This document shows positions 35,681-45,723 of a DNA stretch of 64,000 nt, piece by piece (positions within the stretch are counted from its first letter, which is position 1; every line of letters starts with the position of its first letter). This DNA comes from a virus (Duplodnaviria > Caudoviricetes). The position numbers and the translations under genes were made by a program. Location of the stretch: the IMG/VR virus record IMGVR_UViG_3300037067_013676, positions 1-64,000 of that record; one strand, 5' to 3'. Below the pieces are notes generated by a model, which saw only the letters and a program-made list of their open reading frames with translations, was not told where the DNA came from and did not search any database.

Positions 35681-37089
35681 TGAAAATTTTATTTGTAATA
35701 CAACAATTAGATTTTGCTGATCATATAGCAATTTCATATTTATCAGCAGTAGCTAAAGAATTAGGTCATAATACCTATTTTTGTTCTTTAAGAAGTAACA
35801 GTATTGAAAAAATGGTAGATAATATTAAACCAGATGTTTTAGCTTATTCTGCTAATATTATGGGATTTGAAGAGTTGGTGGAAGCTAATAAAAAAGCCCA
35901 ATCTATTCATAAATGTTTTAGTGTTATGGGCGGTCCACAAGTTACATTTTCTCCAGAAACTTATAAAGAAAGTGGAATAGATGTTTTTGTAATGGGTGAA
36001 GGTGAAGGTGCTTTTAGAGATTTATTAGAACGATTAAAAGAAGGAAAAAATTATGATGAAGTAGAAAATCTTATTACTCCTAAAGGTATTAATCCTTTGA
36101 GAAATTTAATTAGTAATTTAGATGAAATTCCATTTCCTGATAGAGATTTAGTTTTATCTAATTCTTGGTTAAAGAATATTCCTAAAAAGACATTTTATTC
36201 TACTAGAGGATGTTTCTTTAAATGTAATTATTGTTGTAATGTTAAGTATCATGAACTTTATAAAGATAAAGGACAATTATTTAGACGATTTTCTGTTGAA
36301 AGAGTAATTAAAGAAATAGAGTATGTTCAACAAAGATATAAAATGGATTTTGTTAAAATGGGGGATGATTTATTTGCTATGAAAGCAGATGATTGGTTAA
36401 TAGAATTTAGTGAAAAATATTCTAAAAGAATAGGAAAACCTTTTAATTGTTATTTACGTTTTGATAGAATAGATGATGAAGTTTTAAAGTTGCTTAAAAA
36501 AGCTGGATGTTATTCTGTTAATTTATCAGTAGATAGTTTATCTCAACATGTTAGAGAAAAAGTGTTAAATAGAAGTATGAGAAAAGTAGATATTGAAACT
36601 GAATTAAAAAGAATTAATAGATATGATATAAATACTTTTGTAAATTTTATGTTAGCCATACCAGAATCTACTTTAGAAGACGATTTAAATACTATAGATG
36701 TAGCTAGAAAAGCAAAAATAACTTATGTTAATTATACTACTACAGAACCAATGAAAGGAACTAAACTTTATGATTATTGTTTAGAAAAAGGATATATAGA
36801 TAAAAATACATTTGTAGGAGATATGACTCATATGTTTCAAAAATCCCCTCTTTCCTGTTTTAGTGAAAAAGAAAAGAATATTAGATATAATATTTATGCT
36901 CTTGGTTGTTTAGTATCTAAACTACCTAAATTTTTACAGGATTTTGGAATGTGGATTATAAAAACCATACCTGCAAATAGATTATTTGGATTTATTAGAC
37001 AATGTGTATATAACTATCATATAGAAAATAAGATTTTTAATTTTTCTAAAAAAGATAAAGAAATAAAAAATGAGAAGCCAGTATCATAA
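35680..37089 (+). CDS. B12-binding radical SAM enzyme (class B methyltransferase-like)
   Basis: GGPQVT, GEGE, RGCFFKCNYC, GDDLF. Confidence 0.9.
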   Translation: MKILFVIQQLDFADHIAISYLSAVAKELGHNTYFCSLRSNSIEKMVDNIKPDVLAYSANIMGFEELVEANKKAQSIHKCFSVMGGPQVTFSPETYKESGIDVFVMGEGEGAFRDLLERLKEGKNYDEVENLITPKGINPLRNLISNLDEIPFPDRDLVLSNSWLKNIPKKTFYSTRGCFFKCNYCCNVKYHELYKDKGQLFRRFSVERVIKEIEYVQQRYKMDFVKMGDDLFAMKADDWLIEFSEKYSKRIGKPFNCYLRFDRIDDEVLKLLKKAGCYSVNLSVDSLSQHVREKVLNRSMRKVDIETELKRINRYDINTFVNFMLAIPESTLEDDLNTIDVARKAKITYVNYTTTEPMKGTKLYDYCLEKGYIDKNTFVGDMTHMFQKSPLSCFSEKEKNIRYNIYALGCLVSKLPKFLQDFGMWIIKTIPANRLFGFIRQCVYNYHIENKIFNFSKKDKEIKNEKPVS

Positions 37090-37600
37090 AATAATTAAAG
37101 AAAGAATGAATAATTTAGCACTATTGCCTAATTCTATTTTTATTGGGCAACAGGTCATGGCACCAGAAAATTTTTATGGAACTTTAGTAGATGTTCCAAT
37201 AGAAAAAAGATTAGAGTTACCAGTTTGTGAAGAGTTACAGTTAGGTTTAAGTTTAGGTCTATCGTTAAAAGGTTATTTTCCTATTAGTATAATACAGAGA
37301 TGTGATTTTTTACCAAGATGTTTAGATCAAATTGTAAATCATTTGAATCTAATGGAAGAATGTTCTCGTAAACGATACGTCCCCCGTATTTTACTTAGAA
37401 CAACAATAGGAAGTAAAGTTCCATTAAACGTTGGACCTCAGCATTCGCAAAATCTTGTGGAATTAATGAAAATAGCTTGTAAATTTCCAGTTTTTTTAGT
37501 AGAAACAGTAAAAGAAGTAAATGAAGCATATGATTTTGCAATAAAATCAACTAAGTCAACTTTAATTATAGAAAGGCAAGCACTTTATGAAACAATTTAG
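37070..37600 (+). CDS. truncated TPP-dependent E1 beta-like subunit (176 aa)
   Basis: FIGQQV, LPVCEELQLG, DFLPRCLDQI, GPQHSQ. Confidence 0.85.
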   Translation: MRSQYHKIIKERMNNLALLPNSIFIGQQVMAPENFYGTLVDVPIEKRLELPVCEELQLGLSLGLSLKGYFPISIIQRCDFLPRCLDQIVNHLNLMEECSRKRYVPRILLRTTIGSKVPLNVGPQHSQNLVELMKIACKFPVFLVETVKEVNEAYDFAIKSTKSTLIIERQALYETI

Positions 37601-38357
37601 TATTTTGATTACAACAAGACAAAGAGTTGAAATGCTTCATAATTTATTAGCAAGCATTTATAGAACTACTTCTAATAAAAATGGAGTAGAGATTAGAGTC
37701 ATTTATGATAATGATGATATTATTACTGATAATTATGTTAAACATAAATTTCATATAGAATTTGGAAACCCGCCAAAAATAGAAACTTTTTTTCATATTA
37801 GAAAACGATCTCCAAATTTAGTCAACGATTATCATAATTGGTGTTCTAGAAAGTTTGCTCAAGGTAAATATATAATATTTTCTAATGACGATGCTCTTTT
37901 TGAAATGGATAGGTGGGATGTATTAACTGAAACCAAACTACTCGAATTTGAAAAAATTCGCCCAGATGGAATTCTTTATGGTATGCCACAGGATTTTGAA
38001 TATGCTCCCGCTAGAAATGAAAATAATTGGATGGCATGCTTTCCTCTAATTTCTAAAAAAGTAGTTGAAATATTGGGATTTGCATTTGATCCTTCTTTTC
38101 AAAGAGATGGTGCAGATTGGGCTATGGCAAAAACATTTCAACTTATAGATAGAGTAGTTGATTTAAGAGATACTGTTGTGATTAAACATTTGTCTTTTAG
38201 ATCTGGTAGAAGGAAAAAAGATGATTTAGATTTGTATGCTCTTAGCTTGGGATTTAGTAATCCACCTATAGAAATATCAGCAAGAAAAAATGCAGAAATA
38301 CTACAAAGTTATATAAATAAATATAATCAAGTCGAAAGAATCTTAAAAGGATTATAA
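37587..38357 (+). CDS. GT-A (GT2-like) glycosyltransferase
   Basis: ILITTRQR, SNDDALF, FPLISK, GADW, IKHL. Confidence 0.8.
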   Translation: MKQFSILITTRQRVEMLHNLLASIYRTTSNKNGVEIRVIYDNDDIITDNYVKHKFHIEFGNPPKIETFFHIRKRSPNLVNDYHNWCSRKFAQGKYIIFSNDDALFEMDRWDVLTETKLLEFEKIRPDGILYGMPQDFEYAPARNENNWMACFPLISKKVVEILGFAFDPSFQRDGADWAMAKTFQLIDRVVDLRDTVVIKHLSFRSGRRKKDDLDLYALSLGFSNPPIEISARKNAEILQSYINKYNQVERILKGL

Positions 38358-38358
38358 A

Positions 38359-39168
38359 ATGGATATACAATTTTCATTAATTTGCCCAAGTATTCGCCCA
38401 CAGTTTTGGAATGAGATATGTAGTTCTTTGTTAGATAATAAGTTAAATTGGGAAATTCTATTTATTGGACCACTAAAACCACTTGAATCTTTACCACCAC
38501 AAGCAAAATATATATATTCACCAACAAAACCAAGTCAATGCACACACATAGGATTTATGGAATCCAAAGGAGAATATGTTTCAATTACAGCAGATGATGC
38601 GGTTTATTTTTCTCCTAACCATAAAGGTGCTCTAGATAATATGTATAATTTTATTAAGAATTTTCCTAAAGCAGAAATTCATAAACCTTCAGGCAAACCT
38701 TTTTACAATAAAAATAAAATAGCATATGGATTTAGAATGTTTGAAGACCAATTTTGTGCAGAAACTTCGCATACACATTTTTTAACTAACGATGGTAAAT
38801 CTCCACAATTATTTCCATTTTTTGTTATTGCTAATGGGGTATATCAAGAGTTAGGTGGATATGATAATAGATTTATAACTGGGCAAGCTGAAAATGACTT
38901 ATTATTCAGAATTTCGGTAGCTTATGGTTCAACAAAAAATAGTTTGTGCCCAACAGCTATGGTTTGGGCATTACATGATAAACATGGAAATAGTGGAAGT
39001 TTTAGGAAATATCATTCACAAGATTTTGGATTATTAAAAACCTTATGGATTGCTAATGGTTCAAGTGAGAATTTATTTTCTATAACTAGAAATGATACCA
39101 GAATTTTTTCTTATATTAATGACGATACATTGTATATAAAAAGCCAAGGTGAGGTTGGAGAGTGGTAG
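38359..39168 (+). CDS. GT-A (GT2-like) glycosyltransferase
   Basis: LICPSIRP, TADDAVY, LGGYDNRF, ENDL. Confidence 0.8.
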   Translation: MDIQFSLICPSIRPQFWNEICSSLLDNKLNWEILFIGPLKPLESLPPQAKYIYSPTKPSQCTHIGFMESKGEYVSITADDAVYFSPNHKGALDNMYNFIKNFPKAEIHKPSGKPFYNKNKIAYGFRMFEDQFCAETSHTHFLTNDGKSPQLFPFFVIANGVYQELGGYDNRFITGQAENDLLFRISVAYGSTKNSLCPTAMVWALHDKHGNSGSFRKYHSQDFGLLKTLWIANGSSENLFSITRNDTRIFSYINDDTLYIKSQGEVGEW

Positions 39169-39896
39169 ATTTAACTAATAAAACTATTTGTGTTCTTTTG
39201 CATGGTAGTTCTCTAAATGAGTTGGAATCCAAAATAGAAGAATTTAGAAATATAAATGTAGTTTGGTGTGGAATTAACTATTTTAATCCAAGCGAAGAAA
39301 TACTTAAAAAAATAGACAAATCTTTTAATATAATATTTGATTGTTCTACAGTTCAAAACAATGTTGAATATGAAAAAAAAGCCAGACTACCAAGATTAAT
39401 AGAATTTTTAGAAAGAAAAAACACTACTTACATCACACTTAAATCTGGCAGAGATAATCTTTATGATTTAAGAAATAGAATAGGAAGTGATTTTAATGAA
39501 AAATACAAAAATCAAATTGTTTATGGAGAAAATCTTGGATTTGACTGTAATCAGTTTTGTGTTAGTTTACACTTATACCTTACTTGTTTGCTTAAATTAG
39601 GTGCCAAAACCATCATTTTATTTGGGGCTGATGGTGGTGGTAATCTTGGCAATTCTGTATCTTCTTATTATAAACCAGAACTAATGCAAGAAGATAAAGT
39701 AATAGCTGGCAACACAAGTTATAATATGACGGGGGATACCTGCAATGTAAATAATTCGTTTAATTCTATAATGCAATCTATTTTTGGACAGATTCCTACA
39801 ATACTTAATTGTAGCCCAAATTCACAATATACTGTATTTAAAAATGTTAATTTTAACCAAGTATTAAAGGAGATAAAAAATGGTGCCAATTATTAA
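39162..39896 (+). CDS. Maf/MptE-like (sialyltransferase-fold) transferase 2
   Basis: VLLHGSSL, CGINYF, SLHLYL, IILFGADG, ILNCS. Confidence 0.55.
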   Translation: MVDLTNKTICVLLHGSSLNELESKIEEFRNINVVWCGINYFNPSEEILKKIDKSFNIIFDCSTVQNNVEYEKKARLPRLIEFLERKNTTYITLKSGRDNLYDLRNRIGSDFNEKYKNQIVYGENLGFDCNQFCVSLHLYLTCLLKLGAKTIILFGADGGGNLGNSVSSYYKPELMQEDKVIAGNTSYNMTGDTCNVNNSFNSIMQSIFGQIPTILNCSPNSQYTVFKNVNFNQVLKEIKNGANY

Positions 39897-40026
39897 AAAA
39901 GAAAAAGATAAAATACTTTGTTTCGAATGTGATGGCGAAGGAACTATAACTAAAGAAGATGGTTCTATAGTGCCGTGTATAGAATGCAAAGGAACTGGTT
40001 ATCTGACAATAATTAAAACTAAATAA
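39880..40026 (+). CDS. 48-aa DnaJ-type zinc finger (not in ORF track)
   Basis: CFECDGEG...CIECKGTG; SD AAGGAG. Confidence 0.6.
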   Translation: MVPIIKKEKDKILCFECDGEGTITKEDGSIVPCIECKGTGYLTIIKTK

Positions 40027-41372
40027 TGAAAATCTTATTATGTGTTTTAAGTAATTCTAATTTTATACACTACATACCTCTCGGCGTAGCTTATATCGCT
40101 AGTGTTTTAAGAAATAATAGTCACGAAGTTATTATTTATTCTCAAGATATTCATCACTATCCAGAAGAACATCTAACCAAATATCTTGATAAAAACAAAT
40201 TTGATGTAGTTGGCATTGGGGCAATTTCTGGGTATTTCCCTTATAGAAAATTATTGAAAGCATCAGAATCTATAAATAAGAGTATAAATAGACCTTTTTT
40301 TATTTTAGGTGGTCATATGCCTTCTGCTGACCCACAATACTTTTTAAGAAAAACTGGTGCAAACTGTGTAATACGTGGAGAAGCAGAATTATCTTTTGTT
40401 GAAATATTAAATATGATTAGTAGAAAAGAAGAAGTACCTAAAGTAGTGGAAGGAAAATTAGTTAACGATTTAGACTACTTACCATTTCCAGCGTATGATA
40501 TGTTTCTAATGGAGTATTATAGATTACAAAGGTATCCCCACATAGAAAATAATGAGTTTTCAATGTCAATGTTAAGTGGTAGGGGATGCTGGGGAAGATG
40601 CGTTTTTTGCCAAAGATTAACACCAAATATCAGATTAAGAGGAGTTAATAGTATAGTAGAAGAAATTAAACTACTTAAAAAGAATTATAGTATCTCTTAT
40701 ATAGATTTTGCTGATGACTTAACTTTTGCATCAAAACAAAGAACTGCCGAATTATGTGAATCATTTATTAAGAATAATTTGAATATAAAATGGAGATGTG
40801 AGGGTAGATTAAATTTTATAGATTCAGATATACTTAAATTAATTAGAAAAGCTGGATGTGTTTTTATTAATTATGGTATAGAATCTTTAGATGATGAAGT
40901 ATTAAAAAATATGAAGAAAGATTTAACAGTTTCTCAAATAATAAATGGTGTAGAAGCTACTTTAAAAGAAGGTATTAGCCCAGGACTTAATGTTATTTTC
41001 GGCAACATTGGAGATAATAAAGAAACTCTTAAAAAAGCAGTGGATTTCTTATTAAAATATGATGATGGAGCACAAGTAAGAACAATACATCCTGTCATTC
41101 CGTTTCCTGGCACGGAACTATTCGAAACTGCCAAAGAAAAAGGTTTATTAAAAGATACTGAAGATTTTTATGAACACAAGCACACAAACAGCGATTTGTT
41201 GACAGTTAATTTTACAGAATTAACAGATGAAGAATTTTATAAAGAATTATATAAAGCTAACTTTCAACTTCTATGTAATTATAATAAAAATAGATTATAT
41301 GATTATGAAAAACAATTAAAAGAAATATATTTAGAAAAAAACACTAACTTTCGGGGGTTCGGGCATAAATGA
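40026..41372 (+). CDS. B12-binding radical SAM enzyme (class B methyltransferase-like)
   Basis: PLGVAYIAS, GGHMPS, RGEAE, RGCWGRCVFC, ADDLTF, YGIES. Confidence 0.92.
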   Translation: MKILLCVLSNSNFIHYIPLGVAYIASVLRNNSHEVIIYSQDIHHYPEEHLTKYLDKNKFDVVGIGAISGYFPYRKLLKASESINKSINRPFFILGGHMPSADPQYFLRKTGANCVIRGEAELSFVEILNMISRKEEVPKVVEGKLVNDLDYLPFPAYDMFLMEYYRLQRYPHIENNEFSMSMLSGRGCWGRCVFCQRLTPNIRLRGVNSIVEEIKLLKKNYSISYIDFADDLTFASKQRTAELCESFIKNNLNIKWRCEGRLNFIDSDILKLIRKAGCVFINYGIESLDDEVLKNMKKDLTVSQIINGVEATLKEGISPGLNVIFGNIGDNKETLKKAVDFLLKYDDGAQVRTIHPVIPFPGTELFETAKEKGLLKDTEDFYEHKHTNSDLLTVNFTELTDEEFYKELYKANFQLLCNYNKNRLYDYEKQLKEIYLEKNTNFRGFGHK

Positions 41373-42223
41373 ACTGTTCAAATTGTGGTGAAAGTCTGCA
41401 TAAATCAAAAGTAATAGCTAAACAAAATGATATTAGATTTAATTGCTACAATACTAAAAAAAGAATAGTTCAATGTTCTAAATGCGAATTAGTTCAACTT
41501 ATTCCACAGTGGTCAGATAAAGAGTTAGATAAAATTTACACTACATATAATCAAAAACCTGATTTTATAGGGCAAAAAAATATATCTAAAAGAATAAGTA
41601 AATGGATTAAAAAATACTTAGTAAAGGTGGGGCAAAATTTGGAAGTTGGATGTGGCAATGGTGATACTGTAAAATATTTTAAAACTAAAATGTATAATAT
41701 AATGGGCATAGATAAAGATAAATCTGTAGAAAAATGTTATGAGGGAATATATAATTATGATATTTACGATAAAAAATTTGATAAAGACTTGTATCATGCT
41801 AAATTTTATTTTATCTATGGATTACATATATTAGAACATATGAAAAACCCGATAAAATTTATTGAAAGATTAAAAGAATTGTTATTCTCCGAAGGAACTA
41901 TACTATTAGAATTTCCAAATTTGGAAGATCCATTACTAACCATATATAAATCAAAAGAGTTTGAAAAGTTTTATTATAGACCAGACCATCATTTCTTCTA
42001 CACACCAAAAACAATAATGGATTTATTGTATAGAAATAAAGTAGTTAACTGTCAAATAAAAAGAACTCAAACTTATAGTATAGTAAACCATTTAAATTGG
42101 TTAATTAGAAAAAAACCAACCAATCTTAAAATAAATTTACCTATAATTGATTTTCTATATAAGTGGTGTTTAGTTCATATATTTAAAAAATCTGATACAA
42201 TACTCTTAATAATTAAAAAATGA
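41369..42223 (+). CDS. class I SAM-dependent methyltransferase with N-terminal zinc ribbon
   Basis: CSNC, CSKC; LEVGCGNG; HILEH; EFPN. Confidence 0.85.
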   Translation: MNCSNCGESLHKSKVIAKQNDIRFNCYNTKKRIVQCSKCELVQLIPQWSDKELDKIYTTYNQKPDFIGQKNISKRISKWIKKYLVKVGQNLEVGCGNGDTVKYFKTKMYNIMGIDKDKSVEKCYEGIYNYDIYDKKFDKDLYHAKFYFIYGLHILEHMKNPIKFIERLKELLFSEGTILLEFPNLEDPLLTIYKSKEFEKFYYRPDHHFFYTPKTIMDLLYRNKVVNCQIKRTQTYSIVNHLNWLIRKKPTNLKINLPIIDFLYKWCLVHIFKKSDTILLIIKK

Positions 42224-43002
42224 GAAAAAAATATAAATGTATAGAAAAAGATTGTAAAAATGAAGTTTCTGGCAAAAATAGAAGATGCAGACATCACGCA
42301 CTAATATTGAGACATAAGTTAACAAATTTTGCTTTAAAACATGGCAGATATTCCAAAAATTTTAAACCAATTTACTATTGTATAGATGGATGTGGAGCAA
42401 AAGTAAGTGAAGAAGGAAATAGATGTTATTCTTGTTCTAAACTTGGTAACAAAAATCCTCAATTTATAGATGGCAGAACAAATAAAGTATATTATTGTTT
42501 AGTAAAAGGATGTAATACTATTGTAAAATCATATGGGAAAAAATGTAGGCATCATGCTCAATCAGGGAGAAAAGTTTCAGATAAAACTAAGAAAAAACAA
42601 AGTATATCTATGAAAAAAGCTGGTTTTACTCATAATAAAGAAATTTGTTCTTGTTTTATTTGCAAAGCTTATAGAGGTGAAACTAAAGGTGAAAACGCAA
42701 GCAATTGGATGGATGGAAGAAGTTTTGAAGACTATCCAAAAGAATTTAATGCAGAACTTAGAGATAAAATAAGAAAACGTGATGATTATATTTGTCAAAA
42801 TTGTGGTATGACAGAAGAAGAACATATAATAGTTTTGGGTTATAATTTGACTATTCATCATATAGATTATAATAAAAATAATAATAAAGAAAGTAATTTA
42901 ATTACTACCTGTAGTAGTTGTAATTGTAGAGCCAATTATAATAGAAATTATTGGAAAGAATATTATCAAAAGAAAATGGAGAAAAAATGCATACAACAAT
43001 AA
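42220..43002 (+). CDS. HNH homing endonuclease with Cys/His repeats
   Basis: IRKRDDYICQNCG...IHHIDYNKNN...NLITTCSSCN. Confidence 0.85.
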   Translation: MRKKYKCIEKDCKNEVSGKNRRCRHHALILRHKLTNFALKHGRYSKNFKPIYYCIDGCGAKVSEEGNRCYSCSKLGNKNPQFIDGRTNKVYYCLVKGCNTIVKSYGKKCRHHAQSGRKVSDKTKKKQSISMKKAGFTHNKEICSCFICKAYRGETKGENASNWMDGRSFEDYPKEFNAELRDKIRKRDDYICQNCGMTEEEHIIVLGYNLTIHHIDYNKNNNKESNLITTCSSCNCRANYNRNYWKEYYQKKMEKKCIQQ

Positions 43003-43826
43003 TTGCAGAAGCAGGTATAAATCATCTTGGGAGTATAGATTTATGCATGCAGTTAATTGATGGAGCTGTTTTTGGTGGAGCAGATATTTTTAAATTACAA
43101 AAAAGAGATATTAATTCTACTTATACTAAAGAAGAGTTGAATAAATATAGAGAATCTCCCTTTGGATTGTTGAATCGTGATTTAAAAAAACAATTAGAAT
43201 TTAATGAAAAAGAATATGATATTATTAAAAAATACTGCGATTCTAAAAATATTGAATTAATGGTTTCGGCTTGGGACTTGGCAAGTCAAAATTTTCTCAA
43301 AAAATATAATTGCAAGTATAACAAAGTAGCTTCTGCTAGATTAGGTCATAAAAAACTATTGGAAGAAATAGCCAAAGAAGGTAAATATACGTTCATTTCT
43401 ACTGGTATGGCAACGATTGACGAAATTGGGGAAGCTATAAAAATATTTAATAATTTCGGATGCCCATTTGAGTTAATGGCTTGTAATAGTAGCTATCCTT
43501 GCCCAGATGAAGATTTGAATTTATTAACTATTAAAACTTTAAGAGATACTTTTGGGTGTAAAGTTGGGTTCAGTAGTCATTCGCCTGGGATTATTCCTTG
43601 TGTATTAGCTGTGGCTTTAGGTGCTACTTCTATAGAAGCCCATCTGACGACGAATAGAACTCTTTATGGTAGTGACCAAGCTTCTTCAATTGAAATTCAC
43701 GGATTTAAAAGAATGGTTGATTATGTAAGGGATGCTGAACTGCAATTGGGCGATGGTATTAAAGTAATAACTGAAACAGAGAAAAAGATAAGAGAAAAAC
43801 TCTACAGGACTGAAGATATACAATGA
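42987..43826 (+). CDS. neuB: nonulosonate synthase (NeuB family) lacking the C-terminal antifreeze-like domain
   Basis: IAEAGINH, KLQKR, KVASA, ISTGM, SSYP, GFSSH, IEAH..D. Confidence 0.9.
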   Translation: MHTTIIAEAGINHLGSIDLCMQLIDGAVFGGADIFKLQKRDINSTYTKEELNKYRESPFGLLNRDLKKQLEFNEKEYDIIKKYCDSKNIELMVSAWDLASQNFLKKYNCKYNKVASARLGHKKLLEEIAKEGKYTFISTGMATIDEIGEAIKIFNNFGCPFELMACNSSYPCPDEDLNLLTIKTLRDTFGCKVGFSSHSPGIIPCVLAVALGATSIEAHLTTNRTLYGSDQASSIEIHGFKRMVDYVRDAELQLGDGIKVITETEKKIREKLYRTEDIQ

Positions 43827-44491
43827 ATGATAAAATAGTGATTTGTGGAGCCAGGGGTGGTAGTTCGAGGGTTCTCAACAAAAATATTAGAAAATTAGGA
43901 GAAATTCCTCTTATTGAGTATTCTCTATTTACTGGTGAATTATTAGGATTACCTATTTATGTTTCTTCCGATTCCGATAAAATACTCAAAATTGTAAAAA
44001 CTCATGGATCTTTAGTAAACATTATTAAAAGACCTAGTATATTAGCTTCAAATACATCAACTGATATAGATTGGATAAAACATTTATTAAGTATTTATTA
44101 TGAGCAAAATAGTTCTTATCCTAAACAATTAATATTTTTAAGACCAACTACCCCACTTAGGGAAATTTCTATAGTTAAAGAAGCAATTAAAAAATTTAAC
44201 GGTTCAAAATATACTTCATTAAGAAGTGTAGAAGAACTAAAAGAAAGTATCTATAAAACATATTTTATAAAAAACTGTATTCTTGAACCATTTAACAAAG
44301 ATAATAGTAATGTGGCGAACCAAACCTTGCCAATTTCCTATGGTGCAAACGGATATATAGATATACTACTTACAGAGCAAATATTAAACTCAAATGATAT
44401 ATATGGTGATAAAATAATGCCATTTATAACTCCAAGAACAATAGAAATAGATGATGAATTTGATTTTAAACTTGCGGAGAAATTAATATGA
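43823..44491 (+). CDS. neuA: acylneuraminate cytidylyltransferase (NeuA family)
   Basis: ARGGSSRVLNKNIR, VSSDS, RPSILA, LRPTTPLR, ANGYID, EIDDEFDF. Confidence 0.92.
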   Translation: MNDKIVICGARGGSSRVLNKNIRKLGEIPLIEYSLFTGELLGLPIYVSSDSDKILKIVKTHGSLVNIIKRPSILASNTSTDIDWIKHLLSIYYEQNSSYPKQLIFLRPTTPLREISIVKEAIKKFNGSKYTSLRSVEELKESIYKTYFIKNCILEPFNKDNSNVANQTLPISYGANGYIDILLTEQILNSNDIYGDKIMPFITPRTIEIDDEFDFKLAEKLI

Positions 44492-45723
44492 AATATGCTA
44501 AAGTAGTAACTAAACTACCTCACAAAGCAGATTTAAAGCTTCTCAGCGATATTAACAAGTATGAAGCTAATAGTATGCAAGGACAAATACCTCTTATCTG
44601 GGATAGTGCTAAAGGGTTTTTAGTAAAAGATAGACACGGTAATCAATTTTTGGATTTTACATCTGGAATAGCTGTTGCAAACTGTGGTCATGGTAATAAT
44701 GATATAATGAATGCTATAAGAAGCAAAATAAATAGACCTTTAGTACATTCTTATACATTTGGAACTGAAATACGATATAAATTCTTAAAAGAATTAGTAG
44801 ATATATATTACCCAAAAGGAAAAGCATTTTTAGTAAGTGCCGGAACTGAAGCTACTGAAGTTGCTGTAAAATTAATGCGTAGATATGGTATATCTCATAA
44901 AAAAGAAATGATAGGAATAGTGTCTTTTAAAGGAGCAATGCATGGAAGAACATCTATATCTGAAAATTTAAAGGGAGATAGTTTTCAGACTTCAAAAGAT
45001 GGGTGGGCTAATAGAGATAATTCCATACTAAACATTAATCCTCCTTTTGATAGTGAAAAATTTAACTATAAACATATTCCCGATATTAAAAATATTTGTG
45101 GGATTATTATAGAAAGTTATCAAGGTTGGTCTGCTAGATTTTATAATAAGAAATATATGCAGGATTTAGTAAAATATTGTAAAGAAAATAATATTTTAGT
45201 TTGTTTTGATGAAATACAGGGAGGATTTGGAAGAACTGGTAAAATGTGGGCTTGGGAACATTACAATATACCACAACCAGATTTAATATGTTTTGGTAAA
45301 GGTGTTAGTTCAAGTGTTCCTTTATCTGGAGTGTTAGGTAGAAAAGATATACTAGATATACTAGAAGTAGGCGGCATGTCATCTACCCATTCAGCAAATC
45401 CTATTAGTTGTGCCGCTGGATTGTCTAATTTACAATATCTTAAAAAATACAATTTAATAAAAAATTCAAGAATACTTGGTAAAAAAATGATAGATTTTCT
45501 TAGAGGTTTGGGTTTAGAAATCAATGGTAATGGGTTGTTGTGTGCAATTATTACTAAAACTGACGAAGAAGCTGATAGAATAGTTATAGAATGCTTTAAG
45601 AAAGGTTTATTACTAATAAGAACACATAAGAACTCAATTAAGCTCGCACCACCGTTAATTTTAACAGAGGATGCTCTCTTTGAAGGACTAAATATCATAA
45701 AAGAGGTTATTAAATCACAATGA
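44488..45723 (+). CDS. class III PLP aminotransferase
   Basis: DFTSGIAV..GH, AGTEA, MHGRT, FDEIQGGFGRTG, PDLICFGKG. Confidence 0.92.
   Translation: MKYAKVVTKLPHKADLKLLSDINKYEANSMQGQIPLIWDSAKGFLVKDRHGNQFLDFTSGIAVANCGHGNNDIMNAIRSKINRPLVHSYTFGTEIRYKFLKELVDIYYPKGKAFLVSAGTEATEVAVKLMRRYGISHKKEMIGIVSFKGAMHGRTSISENLKGDSFQTSKDGWANRDNSILNINPPFDSEKFNYKHIPDIKNICGIIIESYQGWSARFYNKKYMQDLVKYCKENNILVCFDEIQGGFGRTGKMWAWEHYNIPQPDLICFGKGVSSSVPLSGVLGRKDILDILEVGGMSSTHSANPISCAAGLSNLQYLKKYNLIKNSRILGKKMIDFLRGLGLEINGNGLLCAIITKTDEEADRIVIECFKKGLLLIRTHKNSIKLAPPLILTEDALFEGLNIIKEVIKSQ

Noticed and set aside
35102-37600. Pyruvate dehydrogenase as an energy-metabolism auxiliary gene
   Set aside because: Subunits are half length, there is no E2/E3, and the context is entirely glycan biosynthesis.
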